From positions 67,456,001 through 67,520,000 of the forward strand of contig NC_092347.1 of the NCBI RefSeq assembly GCF_963676685.1: 64,000 bases of DNA, given 5' to 3'. The notes under the pieces were generated by a model that did not search any database, had not been told where the DNA came from, and saw nothing but the letters and a program-made list of their open reading frames with translations. Of the stretch, positions 38,425 to 51,829 are shown piece after piece (the stretch's first letter is position 1; each line of letters opens with the position of its first letter). This DNA is from Mytilus edulis (Eukaryota). Made by a program: the position numbers and the translations under genes.

Positions 38425-38835
38425 TCAAATCAAAAATATCAAAGCAATGCGGGTTTAAAAATTCACTTTTTGCATTTTTCTTACACAAATGATTTTAAAC
38501 ATGCACATACAATAAGGGGGTAAATCAACTTGTTTCTTTTTAATTAATCATAGATTACGTAACATATTAAGGACACATTTTTTAAAGAGTCTTATGTATT
38601 TCAGGTCTATTCTATATTTTTATTCTCGGGACAATTAATATAAAATTATTTTTCACAATAACGAAAAAAGAACTTAATGTCCTCAATTCTATAAAATAAA
38701 TTCGGTTTGATGATATACTTTACGCAACGTAAGACATATGTCTTAATGTCTGCGTATTCACTTTATTGTTTTATTGTGTATTCTATAAGATAAGATAGGA
38801 TTACAATGCGTCTGTCCTACTAAATTATTAGCCTA

Positions 38836-39200
38836 GTACCTTTGATAACTATTTACACCACTGCGTTGATGCCATTGCTGGTGGACGTTTCTTCCTCAAT
38901 GGCATCACCAGCCCAGCACTTCGGTGTTGACATGAATATCAACTATGTGGTCATTTTTATAAATTGCCTGTTTACAAGACTTTGAATTTGATCGAAAAAC
39001 TAAGGATTTTCTTATCCCATGCATAGATAACCTTAGCCGTATTTGGCACAACTTTTATAAAATTTGGGTGCTCAATGCTCTTCAACTATGTACTTGTTTG
39101 GCTTTATAACTATTTTTATCTGAGCGTCACTGTTGAGTCTGATGTAGACGAAACGCGCGTCTGGAGTATTAAATTATGATCCTGGTACCTTTGATAACTA
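38836..39200 (+). mobile_element. Older retrozyme-like monomer in opposite orientation; its hammerhead (39124-39167) has a core mutation (CUGUUGA)
   Basis: Starts and ends with gtacctttgataacta; reads gcgtca-ctgttga-gtctgatgtagac-gaaa-cgcgcgtc-tggagt. Confidence 0.8.
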
Positions 39201-40470
39201 ATCACACTCTCTGATGAAGAAGATGGTACCTTTGTTACACGAGGTGGATCGTTTCTAAGGCTAAAATGTCTTAGAAAGAACAAGATATTGGACTATGAAT
39301 TAAAAACTTATACTCTATACTGGTAGAATTCAGTTCTTTAAACTCTTATCTCTCTACAATTTTGTTTTACTGTTTCCCAAATATGTACAGGAATGTGCGA
39401 TGCCGTCTCGTTATATTGATACCAGGAATGTAGAAATCAAGTGAATTTTCAAAATGTTATCTATAGTTAAAAAGGTATTTGTCAAAAATGCATACACATT
39501 TGTTTTAAGTTGTGATCTTACAAAACTGTCCCAAATTAGGGGAGTGTTGCACGCTGACATATATGTTTAGCCCCGTCACATTCTGTATGTGACTGAGGTT
39601 CAATAAAACGATGCACATGATTCAACAACTGTCTTTACACATTTAGCTTCTCATTTTTAAGCGTGCATGACTCCACTAATACTTATAACGAAAGTAGTCT
39701 CAATTCATTAAATTTGACTATATCACTTGAAAAATAATACGACTCCATCAATACAGAACATTTTGTACTGACCGTTCATGTGTTCATTATATCCTAGTGA
39801 TTTTACTTTGCCCGAGTGATGCTATCTTGTGATATACTTTGAAATGCCGTTTCATACACAAATTAAACGACTCTTTAAATAAAATAAAAATATCGGAACA
39901 TATCATATACATATCTTTTATTCAATCAGTATGAATGGAGTCTTTGTACTAGTATTTTTATTAAAACTTTGAATGGATCGTGAGAATGTCATCCATGTCA
40001 TTTTTGTCACACATATTGCTGTATTCTAGCGAGAAATGTGTAACGCGTATCCTTCATCGTGTGCATATGTTATTGGAAAAAGAACTATTTTTCGGTCCTT
40101 CGTCTTTTTTCATAGTTCGTAAATTATTATTTGCTTTTAATTTACGAAATTATGATAGTCTTGCTAAACTGTTAGCAGTTTGATGATCTTCGTCAAGCAT
40201 GTTTACAATTTATTTGTACCACACAAATACCGAGATATGAGACAGACAAGACACGACAAAATGAACGCCTGTGGTATTACAACTACCCATTTCACATTTA
40301 TTGACGCAAAACAAAACCGACGAAAAAACTTTGACAATTTTTCTATAAAAGTATTTTAAAACGTTTTTTTATCAGTGTTCGTAGTTCTTACATTTTAGTT
40401 CGTCTAAAACAAAGTTTTACACACTACCACACAAATTAGTTGTCCTTATATTTAAATAAAAAAGGAACAT

Positions 40471-42156
40471 TTAAAAAATCAGCTTATACAAAATTGCAGT
40501 TCCATTATAATTGGCGACCAGAAGAGTGTCATTTTCTCCGTCGATAAAAATAACATATGGCTGGAAGATTCCATCTCCTTTCCCCAGTATTCGTCTTCCT
40601 TTTTTCCCGTCGGGTGAAATGACGACTATACTGTTATTTCCACGACTTGCGACGTAAATATTTGAATGTTTATCAGTGGTCACACCACAGGCACTTTTCA
40701 AAATTGATTCATCTTTGAATTCCCACAGTTTCTCCCCTGTCAAGGAATAACACTTTACTGCGTTTCTGTGGGTATGATATATTTTATCCTTACATGATGT
40801 TACATAGTTCCAGTGTGCCACTGCTTTGTCATTAACCAAGAGATAATTATTTGATTTTAACAATTCCACGATACGGATACCATATAAGTACTCGCAGCAT
40901 AAAATTTGGTTGTAATGACGATTAATGCCACTGCACTTGCCGAATGTGTTGATGGTTTTGACAACTTTTTTGGATATAATATTGATGATCTGAATAACTT
41001 TCTCACCATGAAATGAAGCTGCCACGGTTAAGTCGTCGATATGTGTTACATCAATAGGATATTGTGTTGGTGTATCAATTACACTGTCCGGTTTTCCATC
41101 CTTTGTTAGAATGATCAATTGATGCTCGTAGCAGTTCACAAATATGAATTTACCTGACGGGGTCATTGAACAGCCAGTAATTTGCGAAGGAACGGTCATT
41201 TTCTGTTGTTGCGTTGGGTTGATATCAAAAATAGATCTTGGTGTAACAACTGGCATTCTAAGGAGTTGCGCTTGCTTATCTGTTTCATTCTTTAATACAA
41301 CTAATGACGATTTATTTTCTGTTGAAACTGAACAAAATTTTTGAATAGATAAAATTTTTGATAATTCGTCATGAACTTCAAGATTAATAAAAACTTGTTG
41401 GAGTCGTCCATCAACAGACAAAGACTGGAGATATTCCTCTTTCTTTTTTATTTCCACCTCAAGGATTTTAGCTCCTAAAAATGTCTGAAGATTTGATGCA
41501 TATTTCCTAATTGAACACATTTCATTCTTCAACTCACTCATATGTTTGTAGTTTTGGGTTACATTTGTAATGACAGTTTCTATTTGCCTGCTAATATCTT
41601 TTTTAGTAGCTTGCAATTCCTTAAATGACTGTATTTCTAGGAGGTCTAGGTGTTTATTTATTTTATCACGAATCTGTGTTATCTCGCTCGAAAACTTATG
41701 GTGCTGGTTCTGGATTGAAGTGAGGTTCTGTTTACGGTCATCGATGATTTGTTCTGCATTACTCATCACATCTTTAAGGCGCAATTCCATACTGTCAAAT
41801 AAAGACGATGTCCTTGACGTTGCTATGACTTCTTCTACCGATAACAGGCCAATGCAGTTTCTATGGTTAGATGAGATACATAACGGACAACATAGGTTTT
41901 CATGCTGAGGACAGTACATCTGGAACTTTCTATTATGATCAGAACAGTGTTGCTGTATACTGGATATTGAAGATGGAAGTTGTTTGTAGTTTTCAACGGG
42001 AATAACCTCGTGATTTCTAGACGATTTCAAAGCATTGTGGTAGTTCAGGCAGTTTGAACATAGGCCTTGTTCACATTCAGGACACCAATATTCAGCTTCA
42101 ATTGTCTTGTGTTGTATTTCACATACACCACATACTGTGCTACATGAGGTCGCCAT
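40471..42156 (-). CDS. RING-less TRIM-like protein (two B-boxes, coiled coil, C-terminal NHL-like beta-propeller), 561 aa, single coding exon
   Basis: ATG at 42156 just after a splice acceptor (tacag, 42168). B-box CGVC..WCPECEQGLCSNCLNYH..H; B-box CSDH..YCPQHENLCCPLCISSNHRNC; helical heptad region; NHL-like repeats (PIDVT, ACGVTTDKHSNIYVA, QPYVIFID...LLVAN). Confidence 0.92.
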   Translation of the reverse strand: MATSCSTVCGVCEIQHKTIEAEYWCPECEQGLCSNCLNYHNALKSSRNHEVIPVENYKQLPSSISSIQQHCSDHNRKFQMYCPQHENLCCPLCISSNHRNCIGLLSVEEVIATSRTSSLFDSMELRLKDVMSNAEQIIDDRKQNLTSIQNQHHKFSSEITQIRDKINKHLDLLEIQSFKELQATKKDISRQIETVITNVTQNYKHMSELKNEMCSIRKYASNLQTFLGAKILEVEIKKKEEYLQSLSVDGRLQQVFINLEVHDELSKILSIQKFCSVSTENKSSLVVLKNETDKQAQLLRMPVVTPRSIFDINPTQQQKMTVPSQITGCSMTPSGKFIFVNCYEHQLIILTKDGKPDSVIDTPTQYPIDVTHIDDLTVAASFHGEKVIQIINIISKKVVKTINTFGKCSGINRHYNQILCCEYLYGIRIVELLKSNNYLLVNDKAVAHWNYVTSCKDKIYHTHRNAVKCYSLTGEKLWEFKDESILKSACGVTTDKHSNIYVASRGNNSIVVISPDGKKGRRILGKGDGIFQPYVIFIDGENDTLLVANYNGTAILYKLIF

Positions 42157-42419
42157 TGTTTCTTTACCTGTATAATTCAAAGTAAATATTAAACTTTAAA
42201 AATTATCTTATTTCATAGGATTTGGATAAAATTAAAACAAATGCTGTCACTTTGACACATTCCCCATTTCATTTCTCAATTTTATTAAAGTATCAAATGA
42301 CTGAGTTGCCATTTGTTACTAAGCAATGTTTTATGTTAACAACCTGCTTACAGACATTTGTGAACAATACACCAAAACAGAATGAGACTAAACTTATCTA
42401 AACAGAAATATAAATGTAC

Positions 42420-43200
42420 GGAGATTAGGCTTGAAAGACATTAAAAAAACAAAAAGGTAATATTCTCAAAAATTTGAGAGGAAAAAACCCAAAGAAATTC
42501 TTCCAGAAGTTCAAAAGACCAAACACTGAGAACGCGCATAAAATAAGTTTAGAACAATTAATTTCAGAAATATTTTAAACATGTCAAATAACTCAGAAAC
42601 AGACAGAGAAACAAAAACAAAAACTTTACCAAACGCAAATGAGGAACTAGACATTCCATTTTCAGGAAATAAATTAGAAAAAGCTTAAGGCTATTGAAAT
42701 ATGATAAAGCTACTAGGTTCAACACTATCATGAACGAATATCTTATTGCTGGAAAAACTGTTATTCTAATATTGTGTAAACTTTTTAATAATATTCTTAA
42801 TTTCGAAAATTTTCCTGAAATATATTAATCAACAGTATTATCGTACATGTTTTTAAAAAGGAAGACGAAAATTAACATAAAAACTACCGTGGAATATCTT
42901 TAGTATTTCATGTTTGGAAATTTTTCATCTCGTTGCTAAATACAAGGTTGCTTCATGGAGCGAAAAGAACAATGTGTTGACAAGTGCACAATTTTGGTTT
43001 ACGGCCTGGATTTGGAACTGTCAATACCGTCATTGCCCTTTATTCCCTTATCACTAATTCTTTGGGTAAGTTGAACGTTTATACTGTTGCTTTGTAGAGT
43101 ACGCTAGAGATTTTGATAGTGTCACGCATTACAAATTTTGGTAAATGGTTAATCAGATGTTGTAGGCTTTTAAAAGTCATTAAATCTATGTTTAGCTGGC
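42420..43200 (+). mobile_element. Decayed non-LTR retrotransposon RT fragment in the probable TRIM 5' intron
   Basis: Remnants NYRGISLV, FGLRPGFGT and YCCFVEYARDFDSV, with many frameshifts. Confidence 0.7.
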
Positions 43201-43668
43201 GTTTTCTCTAAAACAAAAATCCAACAGCAAATTATTTATTCTTTTAGTTTTTTTTCCATTTTTTATTTTTTCGTAAGAATCAAGTTTAAGCATTAGCATT
43301 TAACATGAATAACTTAGAAGTATACAGTCTGTATCAAATTTCCAAAGTCCCTTGATTTAGGACACACTGTCTAAACTTGTTTGACCCTTGAGAGATTTTG
43401 GGAAATACTACTGGTTTGATACAATTATAACTTTAGATCACATACCGGTCTGACCTTACATTTATTTCAATGACATTTTGTTAAACTGTGTGTTTGTATT
43501 GCATCAAATTTAAAAAAACAAATTATTTTAAATATACATAAAATGCCATTGATTTGAAAGACTTTCATCTAAACAAAGACTAGTATGGTGTTTATCTTAT
43601 CATTTAGACTATTTATACACTTTGTTTTCAACTCAGTACTTACAATGTTTTCGTAATCTTATATATTG

Positions 43669-44198
43669 AGGGGCTCGAGGGTATACATCCATATTTTTTT
43701 TTTTACTTATAAGATTTTGCATTTTTTTTTCTATTAATGAACTTCATCATATACTTAATAAAAAAAACAAAATAAAAAATGGGGTCACTGTGATTTAAGC
43801 TCACAATCACCCTTCGAAAGAAGCATGCATATTTGTTACGGTACTTTTTTCTGTTGAAATGATAGGAGAAAAAGAGGTAATATCGAGATAGAAAAAAGAA
43901 CTAAATTACATAAATTGGTTAAATTTTTCAATTGTTTAGTTTAAGTACAACTTACCTAAAAATATAATAATAAATATAGGTCACCGATGAGTTAAAATAC
44001 ATTTTTGATTGTAATGCCAAAAATGACATGTTTGCACCAAAGGGAGATAATTTTGAGCTTAATGATATATATAAAAAAAATCATTTGGGGCCTAAACTAA
44101 ATGATTTTTGTACCATATCATCAAAAAATAACTAATTGTGTAATAAAAAAATTGTACTGAAAAACAACCGCTGAATATTTTGTACCCTCTGGCCTCCT
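43669..44198. mobile_element. Kolobok-like MITE
   Basis: Imperfect TIRs aggggctcgagggta / taccctctggcctcct, followed by TTAA on the right. Confidence 0.55.
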
Positions 44199-44672
44199 TA
44201 AGACACCATAATAGTCGTCTGATCTATAATTTTACCCATTGTTTTCTATTCTCGATTGTTACATTTTAATTTAATGTGTTGACTGAGTGTGGATTCGTAT
44301 GGCGGGCGGGCATGTCACGAGAGTGACGCCCTCCCTATCGATTCATTGTGTCCTACTCTTTTTGAATTCATTTTGAATTCGTGTGAATCCCCCAGTTTTT
44401 GTTTTTACACCGTTTGAAGACTATTCTGGTGCGGCCGCTAGCTCTAAATTTCATAGTATATACCTTTTAATAGACTGATCTATATACACTTATTAGGTAT
44501 GGGATCAATGTTTTGTGTCGCAATAGATCAATGCGATATTATTTCATCTTGTATCAGTATCGTTCCACAAATTTTTGACTTTATTCTATATATATGTATA
44601 TACTAACATATCTATCATTACAAATAAAAAAAGAGAGTCCTAAATCAATATAGTTAGTCGAAATATCATTAC

Positions 44673-44770
44673 CTGAGCGATTGTTGTTTAGTGCAGGTAA
44701 ACAACAAGGAAGTTCAATGATGACAACCAATAAGATAATAACACGTATGCATAGTAGCTTTCAAAAAAGC
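44673..44770 (-). other. Probable non-coding first exon of the TRIM-like gene
   Basis: Donor CAG|GTAATG at 44673/44672 is conserved in the paralogous copy (1733); the CDS is preceded by an acceptor at 42168. Confidence 0.4.
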
Positions 44771-46349
44771 TTACCTGTCTTTGTAATTTGTGTTTTTGAT
44801 ATATGTATTCTTCCTTTTTTTGCTTAAAAATAAAACATATGGAATGAAAAAAAATGTATTTTTATAAGTTCATTAAACTTGGAGCATGTGAATAATACCT
44901 ATGACATATGTGTAACCTGTTTTTTTTTTTCTCCAAAAATCAGGATTTATTTATTGGTTATCCTTTCTATCTGTTTTAATTCAAGTACCACTGAAGGGAC
45001 TTTATAAGCATAGTAACTAGATTTTTCATATGTAAATGATGTGTCTTCTGTGTATTGTAAATAGAAGAACCAACGTATGAGTCCAGGAATCAATACTCAA
45101 ACTGCACAACTCAATCCAAAATTATAGAGAAAGCCTGTGTGATACTGTTCATTCAACAGGCAATTTTTCTGCCATATTCAGGTTTTTGACATTGTGGTAA
45201 AATTGTCACCCTTCTTGGTGTTTCACTACCAATTGAGGCATTTTTTCAAAGTGATAGACGAACGACAACTGTTCTTTTTTTCTAAATAATTATTATTCAT
45301 TTTTTTTATAAGTGGCTCATTTACTTATCGCCTTGAAAAGCTTCATATCTGAGTTACAGCTGATATTTGATAATATCTTTTACTTTATTTTTCTTAACCC
45401 TTAAAAATTATATATTGTATAGATTGTTCAGTTTACTTTTCCAGTTTTGATGAGAACTTATGTATGTCAAATAAAACCCATATATATTTTAAGACACAGC
45501 TGAATGGTTCGAAAATGTGCAGGCTATGATAGGCAATACCTGCAAATTATATTTGTAGTGTGGTACACAACGGCTGTTTAACATTTTCCATAAATTATAT
45601 CATTATAGAATACTTACCAATCGTGTATGTGTTCCCCTTATCCATATTAAACAATATAACAGACAAATGTAATTAACTGATATCTAACATAACATTACAA
45701 CAAAAAGCAAGCTTTAAATGTCATTTTATACAATAATATTCTCTATTTTCATAACTGATTTCTAATTTCGTTGAAAGTTTTTATTTTGCAACAAGTTTTG
45801 CCAATATTCTGAATAAGACGTAATAATGAATAAGTAAATGGACGTCCACGATTTTAGCAATGTGCAATGAATAATGAGTTACTTGATTAAAGTTATTTAT
45901 CTTGTTTGTGGTTACTACAATGGAACGACACCATGAAAACAAGTGGACGTCACTTAAATTTCAGAAATCAGCGATTAAAGATCATCATTATACAGATGCC
46001 ACTTGCACATCTTGTACTTGCAGCCCATTTGTGGGTTTTTAAAGGTCTTTCTGTGATGAAAATATGGCGAATAGCAACGCTTACACATTTGTCCAAAAAA
46101 ATGCAAAATACTTGTTCATTGTATTGGTATTCATTGTCTTTTCTTTTCTATTTACTTCAAATTTACCACCTTCCACTGAATTGGAGGTTATAAGCATCTC
46201 TCGGTTTCGGTTTTACGTTTACCATTTTGCGTTAAACAATGTTATATTCATGTTGAAGGTCAACACATATATATAATAATGACCATTCTGATCCTCCTGA
46301 TAATTAAAGTTTTATGTGGCCTAGGACTAATAATTGATGTGGCAATACT

Positions 46350-46800
46350 TTGATGACTTTTTATGGTTTGCAATGGTTTGTTTAAAAGTATAACTAAGCT
46401 GCGATGCTGCAACCTAAAAATACCAATTGAAACAGGAAGATGGTATGGAATTTCTAGAGATGAAGGCAGAGTCATCTCTGGTCCTTGTAAATTGGAAATG
46501 AGTTTCACTACTTATTTGAGTGCCAATCTGATCTTGTTAAAAATATCAGAAAAAATATATTTCAGAATAATACCGCATTAATCCATGTGTTGAGAAAATG
46601 AAGGGACTGCTTTTCATTTTGCAATATCACAGTTCTTAAAAATTTATCATTGTTTATTAAGAAATTAGTTAAGATATTGTAACTTATATGATTATATGTT
46701 AACATTGTTTTGTAGTAACCATAATAATGACTATGTATTTTGCCTCTTGTTGCACATGTAAATATGTGTCTGAGTGTTTCCAAATAAAGAATATTGTTAT
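46350..46800 (+). mobile_element. 3' end of a non-LTR retrotransposon
   Basis: KLRCCNLKIPIETGRWYGISRDE...GNEFHYLFEC C-terminal motif, followed by a 3' UTR with aataaa. Confidence 0.7.
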
Positions 46801-49800
46801 TATTGTTAATGTTTTTATGTTTAATATTCCAAACAAACACCAATAATAACTTTACCCACTTGGTTCTTTCATGTTATGTTACTTTAATTATGAATACATA
46901 TGTAATCATTATATTGTTGTGCCTTAAACTTCTTCATTGATGGCTTGACCGCAGAATAATCGCATGGTGAATTAAAAACTGCGTTCCTTGGGTACTGATG
47001 ACAAACTGTATACACACTCTTGTGCTATGATTTTTGAAACAATAACATCTTAGAAACAGTAATAGCCTTTGTAATTCATGAGACCAATATATCTGGTTTT
47101 TGGTGCTTTATCAAGTAATAACCTGCAAAGTTTACCAATACACTCTACTTGTTAACATTTATGAGATTGTTATTAGTTGTAAAAGTAACGTATACCGAAC
47201 ACATAAAATAAACAATTAATTACTTATATTAATGTAAGTAGCAGTATTGTATATGCTTTGAAAAGATAGAGAAATGGTCAAACCTTCAGAACATTACAAT
47301 TCTATATCATGTTATTCTGATAATAAAAGGATGTGTAGGTAAGACTCACTAAATGAAGACACAAAGAATTGCTTTACTCTGTTATTGGAAGTATATTGTG
47401 TGCTAAAGAACACCTTTATATTTCATATTTTAGATATTCCAAGTTCAAACTTAAAGAGAGGAATGCACATACGGCCAACGTTATCACAACGTTTTGGTTG
47501 GATACGCGCAAAGCTGCTTTACAACATGGGAACGTTTGTACTGGTAAAAAGTTTGACAAGAAGTATTATTCATAGATTTCATATGAAAACGTTATGAGTA
47601 TTATTAACGCTTCTCCCTAAAAACACGTTTTTAAAGTCTGGCGATGAACAAAGAAGGTAATTGTCAACTACAAAATACAAGAGAGCACATGTTCTTTCAG
47701 TGTAATTGTTTGTTTCAACTAAATAGTTTAGAGACGAATATAACTCTGGAATAACAAATTTTAAATTCCATAAATTCCATAAATTAAGCATAACTATGTG
47801 TTAGTAGGTGTGTAAATACATAAAAGAAACATTGTACAAATAGTATTATTGTGCTTAAACAATAAATTTGATTTCTTTTAACTCACCAAAGAGCGTGCGC
47901 AAAAGTACGTAATATATACTGTATACAACAACAAAAGAAGGAGATTTTTTCGAAACAGTCATAGATCATGGCTGTCTATGTGATTTTTATGAAATGGGGA
48001 AAAACTCGACCATTCGGCTCTCTCAAGAAATGTTTTTTCATTCCTTTGCAACAAAAATGGAAGATATCGTGCATACGGACAGTGTATTCCTAACAAGTGT
48101 TTTCTATTGTCAGGCTCACAACCAAGTCAGGAATATGGCAGTTGTTTTTCACTCATTCTGTTGGTTGACGACATTTAGCTTTTCAGTTTTCAAAGACTAC
48201 CCATTTTGGAATATATATTGGAGTTCGGTATTTATATGTGGTTTTTTTCTTCACTAAATATCCCTTCATGTGAAAGTAGTTTTGTTGTGATGTTACAACA
48301 ACTGTTTATTCGCATGTAGTTTTATAAATATGTGTGTTAATAGAAACACACTGATGCACTTTTGGTAGAAATGGTTAAAATTCCAACTATATTGAAGACA
48401 GAAAGAAGGGTTAAGTTAGTACTATTGATAATTACGTTATTATTCAGGATTTGTATGGAAATAATATAGACATTATTGTAATGTTTGACAAGAATATTTT
48501 TTTCTAATATTACCCTATTATTAAGGTCATTTATGGTTAGACCGGAAATTTAAAAAAACAACAAATTGTATGATATCAGAATATTGTGATTTTTCAGATC
48601 TATACAAGTATGAATTGGGAAAGTGAAAGGCACATTGGTCCAATAACATAGCGCAATATACATTAACACGTTTTATTGATGACATAAGTACACTGTCAAT
48701 TTTGCAATTTATTTTATCTTTCTTTAGTCTTTAATATTATTACTAGCATAGATCAATAACAAAAGAGGATTATCAAGGTGTATAATCTGGTAAAATCTGG
48801 TATCTATGATGAGATTAGTTTGTAAATTCCTTTTGCAAAATAACTGAACAAGTCAATTCCAGAAATATATTTACGTGGTCGTTCTCATTGTGCAATGCAC
48901 ACTATGCCTACCGACACCTCCACCTTGGTTAATCTTGATTGAAGTATACTTTTGCTCTGTCATTCGTCCTGTTTATTTATCGTGTTCTTAAAGTCGTAAG
49001 AAACCTCAAATTAAACAAACAAATGCATATGTTTTTTTATAACTCAATGGATAGTTTTCATTATAAAACTTATGTACATATACTTTTTTCTAAAGAAAAT
49101 TCTTTAATTTGTTCATATTTAGAAGGAGTTTACTTTATTTTAATTGCTTCCAGGAAGCAATTCCCCGACATATTTTCCGTATGCAAAGTGACCTCAGTGT
49201 GACCCATCTCGTAAAAATCCGGTGATCGCAATACGCATAGATGTCCTTAAAATAAACTATTATCTGATTGTACATGTTAAACACGTGCTCAATATCCATG
49301 CTTTTTTGTTGATTGTTGACACACAGGTGACAATCGTTAAACTTTGGCTTCAAAACACGAACTTTAATTACCTGCCAAATTTTCACAACAACACTGACCT
49401 TTTAACAAAAAAAATTGACGATTATACGAAATTTATGCGAAAAAAATGATAAAATCGTGCACAGAAGACTAAGTTTATGATGTTTGTATGCATTGGTTCA
49501 AGAATTGGAATAACATTTTTTTCACCGGTGACTCGTTTCATTTGTTTCCATTTACAAAGGTATTTTAACTTAAATTAGACAATCTCTTGTATTTTACAAA
49601 GGTTAATAAAATCCAATTAACCTGTATTGCAGTAATAGTATGAGTTGATTTTATGTTGTTTTCTTCAATTAAAACACCATGTAATCAACTCTTTTTAAAA
49701 GAAACACAAGCCTTGTCAGGCAATTCAAGAAGAGAAATAACTCTTTTAATAGGCTATTGGATAGGTGAAAATTGAACTGTACTTAAATACATTTTGAATC

Positions 49801-49971
49801 AAAATGTACGCAATATGTTTTAAAGTTTCTAAAAGAAGCCCCATAAACTGCAAAAACCTATATACTCTCGTTTAGAAAAATGTTCAGTTGAAAAGAAACG
49901 AGTTTCTAAGACGCAATAACTGTTCAATACAACATATCAAACATATCATCGACTTAAATTCAACAAAAGCA

Positions 49972-50418
49972 TAGAATGAAATTCAAAACAGTGTGGCTGT
50001 GGATATTGATTGACACATTAAATCCATCCATTGACTGGGACAATTTAGGTGAACGTTTGTATGTAACGACCATTGCTCACTGTGTACTTTTTAAAGACAC
50101 TTAAACTATGGGGTCACCAAAGGTTCTCAACACCTTAATAAAGTAATTCGAAAAAAATAATCAGAAATAACACGATGTTTTGATTTATATCAATTATATA
50201 AATCAAAACGTAAAGGTTATTTCTGATTAATTTTTCGAATTATTTTATAATTAAAGGCGTTAAAAAACCTTGGTGACCCCACAGTTTAAATGTTTATCGT
50301 AGGTACGTCGTGAACAGTGGTCGTTACAGACAAACGTTCACGTAAATTGTCCCAGTCAATGGATGAATTTAATGTGTCAATCAATGGCCACAGCCACACA
50401 GTTTTGAATTTCATTCTA
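49972..50418. mobile_element. Fully palindromic (fold-back) MITE with TAG...CTA ends (Academ-like termini)
   Basis: tagaatgaaattcaaaac...gttttgaatttcattcta; ~215-bp arms meeting near 50193. Confidence 0.8.
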
Positions 50419-51829
50419 ATTTCAAAAACAAGAGCCGTACAAGAAAATATCAGAACAAAAAAAAAACAAAAAAAAAAGTAAGGTGAAAAACCCCAAAAAA
50501 AACAATAGGGAATTAATACCAATATTGTTATCGAAATCCCAACTTTAAAAATATGTCGACAAGGTTAAAAAGAATTGAAATGAACTTAAATATGTCAAAT
50601 GTTGTACTGGTTGAATAGAAATTTGATTCAAGGGAATTCACTAGGTTATGAATTTACCAAAGATTGTCAGGTTTCTTCTAGTAGTTCTAGTTAAAGTTTT
50701 CCTGAAAAACATTTACCTTTTGGAAAGAAAACACCCAACAGGAAGAACAATTCAATGTTATGCGAATGATCGAATCACAAAGAAAATAAGATTAATTATT
50801 CAAAAAAGATCCATTTTCTAAATTTTTATATGTTATTCTTATTTAGAATCCTCAAAGGTTGCACATTTTAGTTAATAAAAGATCTAATTGATTATTTTTC
50901 CTATTTTAGATCGTTACATTTGTAAAATTATATCAATATCTCAATATTTTGGTTCCTAAAGCTCCTTCACTTTTAGTGAGAATTATTCTTCTAACTATTT
51001 TAATTCAAGTGCCACTTATGTCACGAAATGTAGACTGAATTTGCGGCTAGTGTACTTAATTATAAGTCTTCTATCTATAATGGTAGTGTTTGAGAGTTTA
51101 AAATGAGAGAAAAAAGTATTTTAATCTGATTTTTGTCTAGCGCCACTTTTGTTTTTAGAAATTTTTGCTATTGTTTCATGCTAAATGTCAGTCGTAGAAG
51201 ATTATTATCGAAGTCAACAAAACAATTTAGAAACATCTGAACTTAACATTTTGACGAAACACTTCAAGATGGACGCATAAAGATTTCAACTTTATACTCG
51301 TTTATAAGGATCATTGCAAATTTCTCAGATATTGCATTTAGAACCAAATTTCTCGATGGCATTCACTTTATTTTCGACCAAGATTGGAACCAAGAGTATC
51401 AAGAAAATAATTAAGTAAGTATTCGGTTATTGCAATAATAAATGCATTTTACTAATGGTATGCGCCACAAATTACTGATATAAAATTGATCACGACGCTT
51501 AATGAAATCCGGATAATAATAAAAAAAAAAAGGCGCAAACAGTTTGCACAAAGAACGACAATATGGTATATGGAGTGATGATGATTAGTTGCTCATACTC
51601 AGCGACATTAAATTATTTTAGATATTACTTCAGTATTGTTTGGGACTATTAAGTCGTTGGTGCTTTACACAAATGATTTTGAATGTATGAACTAATCAAG
51701 AATACCCGTCTCTTGATTTTGTACGCCAGATGTGCATTTTGTCTTCATATAAATGTTTAGTGGAAAGCGAACTAAAACAGACGGAAAGCAAAATCAATAC
51801 GAAGTAAAGCAGTCTGCATTTGTGCTCAA

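Larger units (their letters stand above)
37991..38439 (-). mobile_element. Retrozyme-like insertion (1.25 monomers, 357-bp unit, two hammerheads)
   Basis: Terminally redundant copy of the 2958-3925 family; intact hammerheads at 38024-38067 and 38381-38424. Confidence 0.85.

Noticed and set aside
41144-41908. + strand ORFs 41144-41344 and 41570-41908
   Set aside because: Antisense shadows of the TRIM-like CDS.
44673-44760. Signal-peptide-like reading LLCIRVIILLVVIIELPCCL
   Set aside because: No in-frame ATG, and the frame has a stop in the paralogous copy (1733-1830); treated as UTR.
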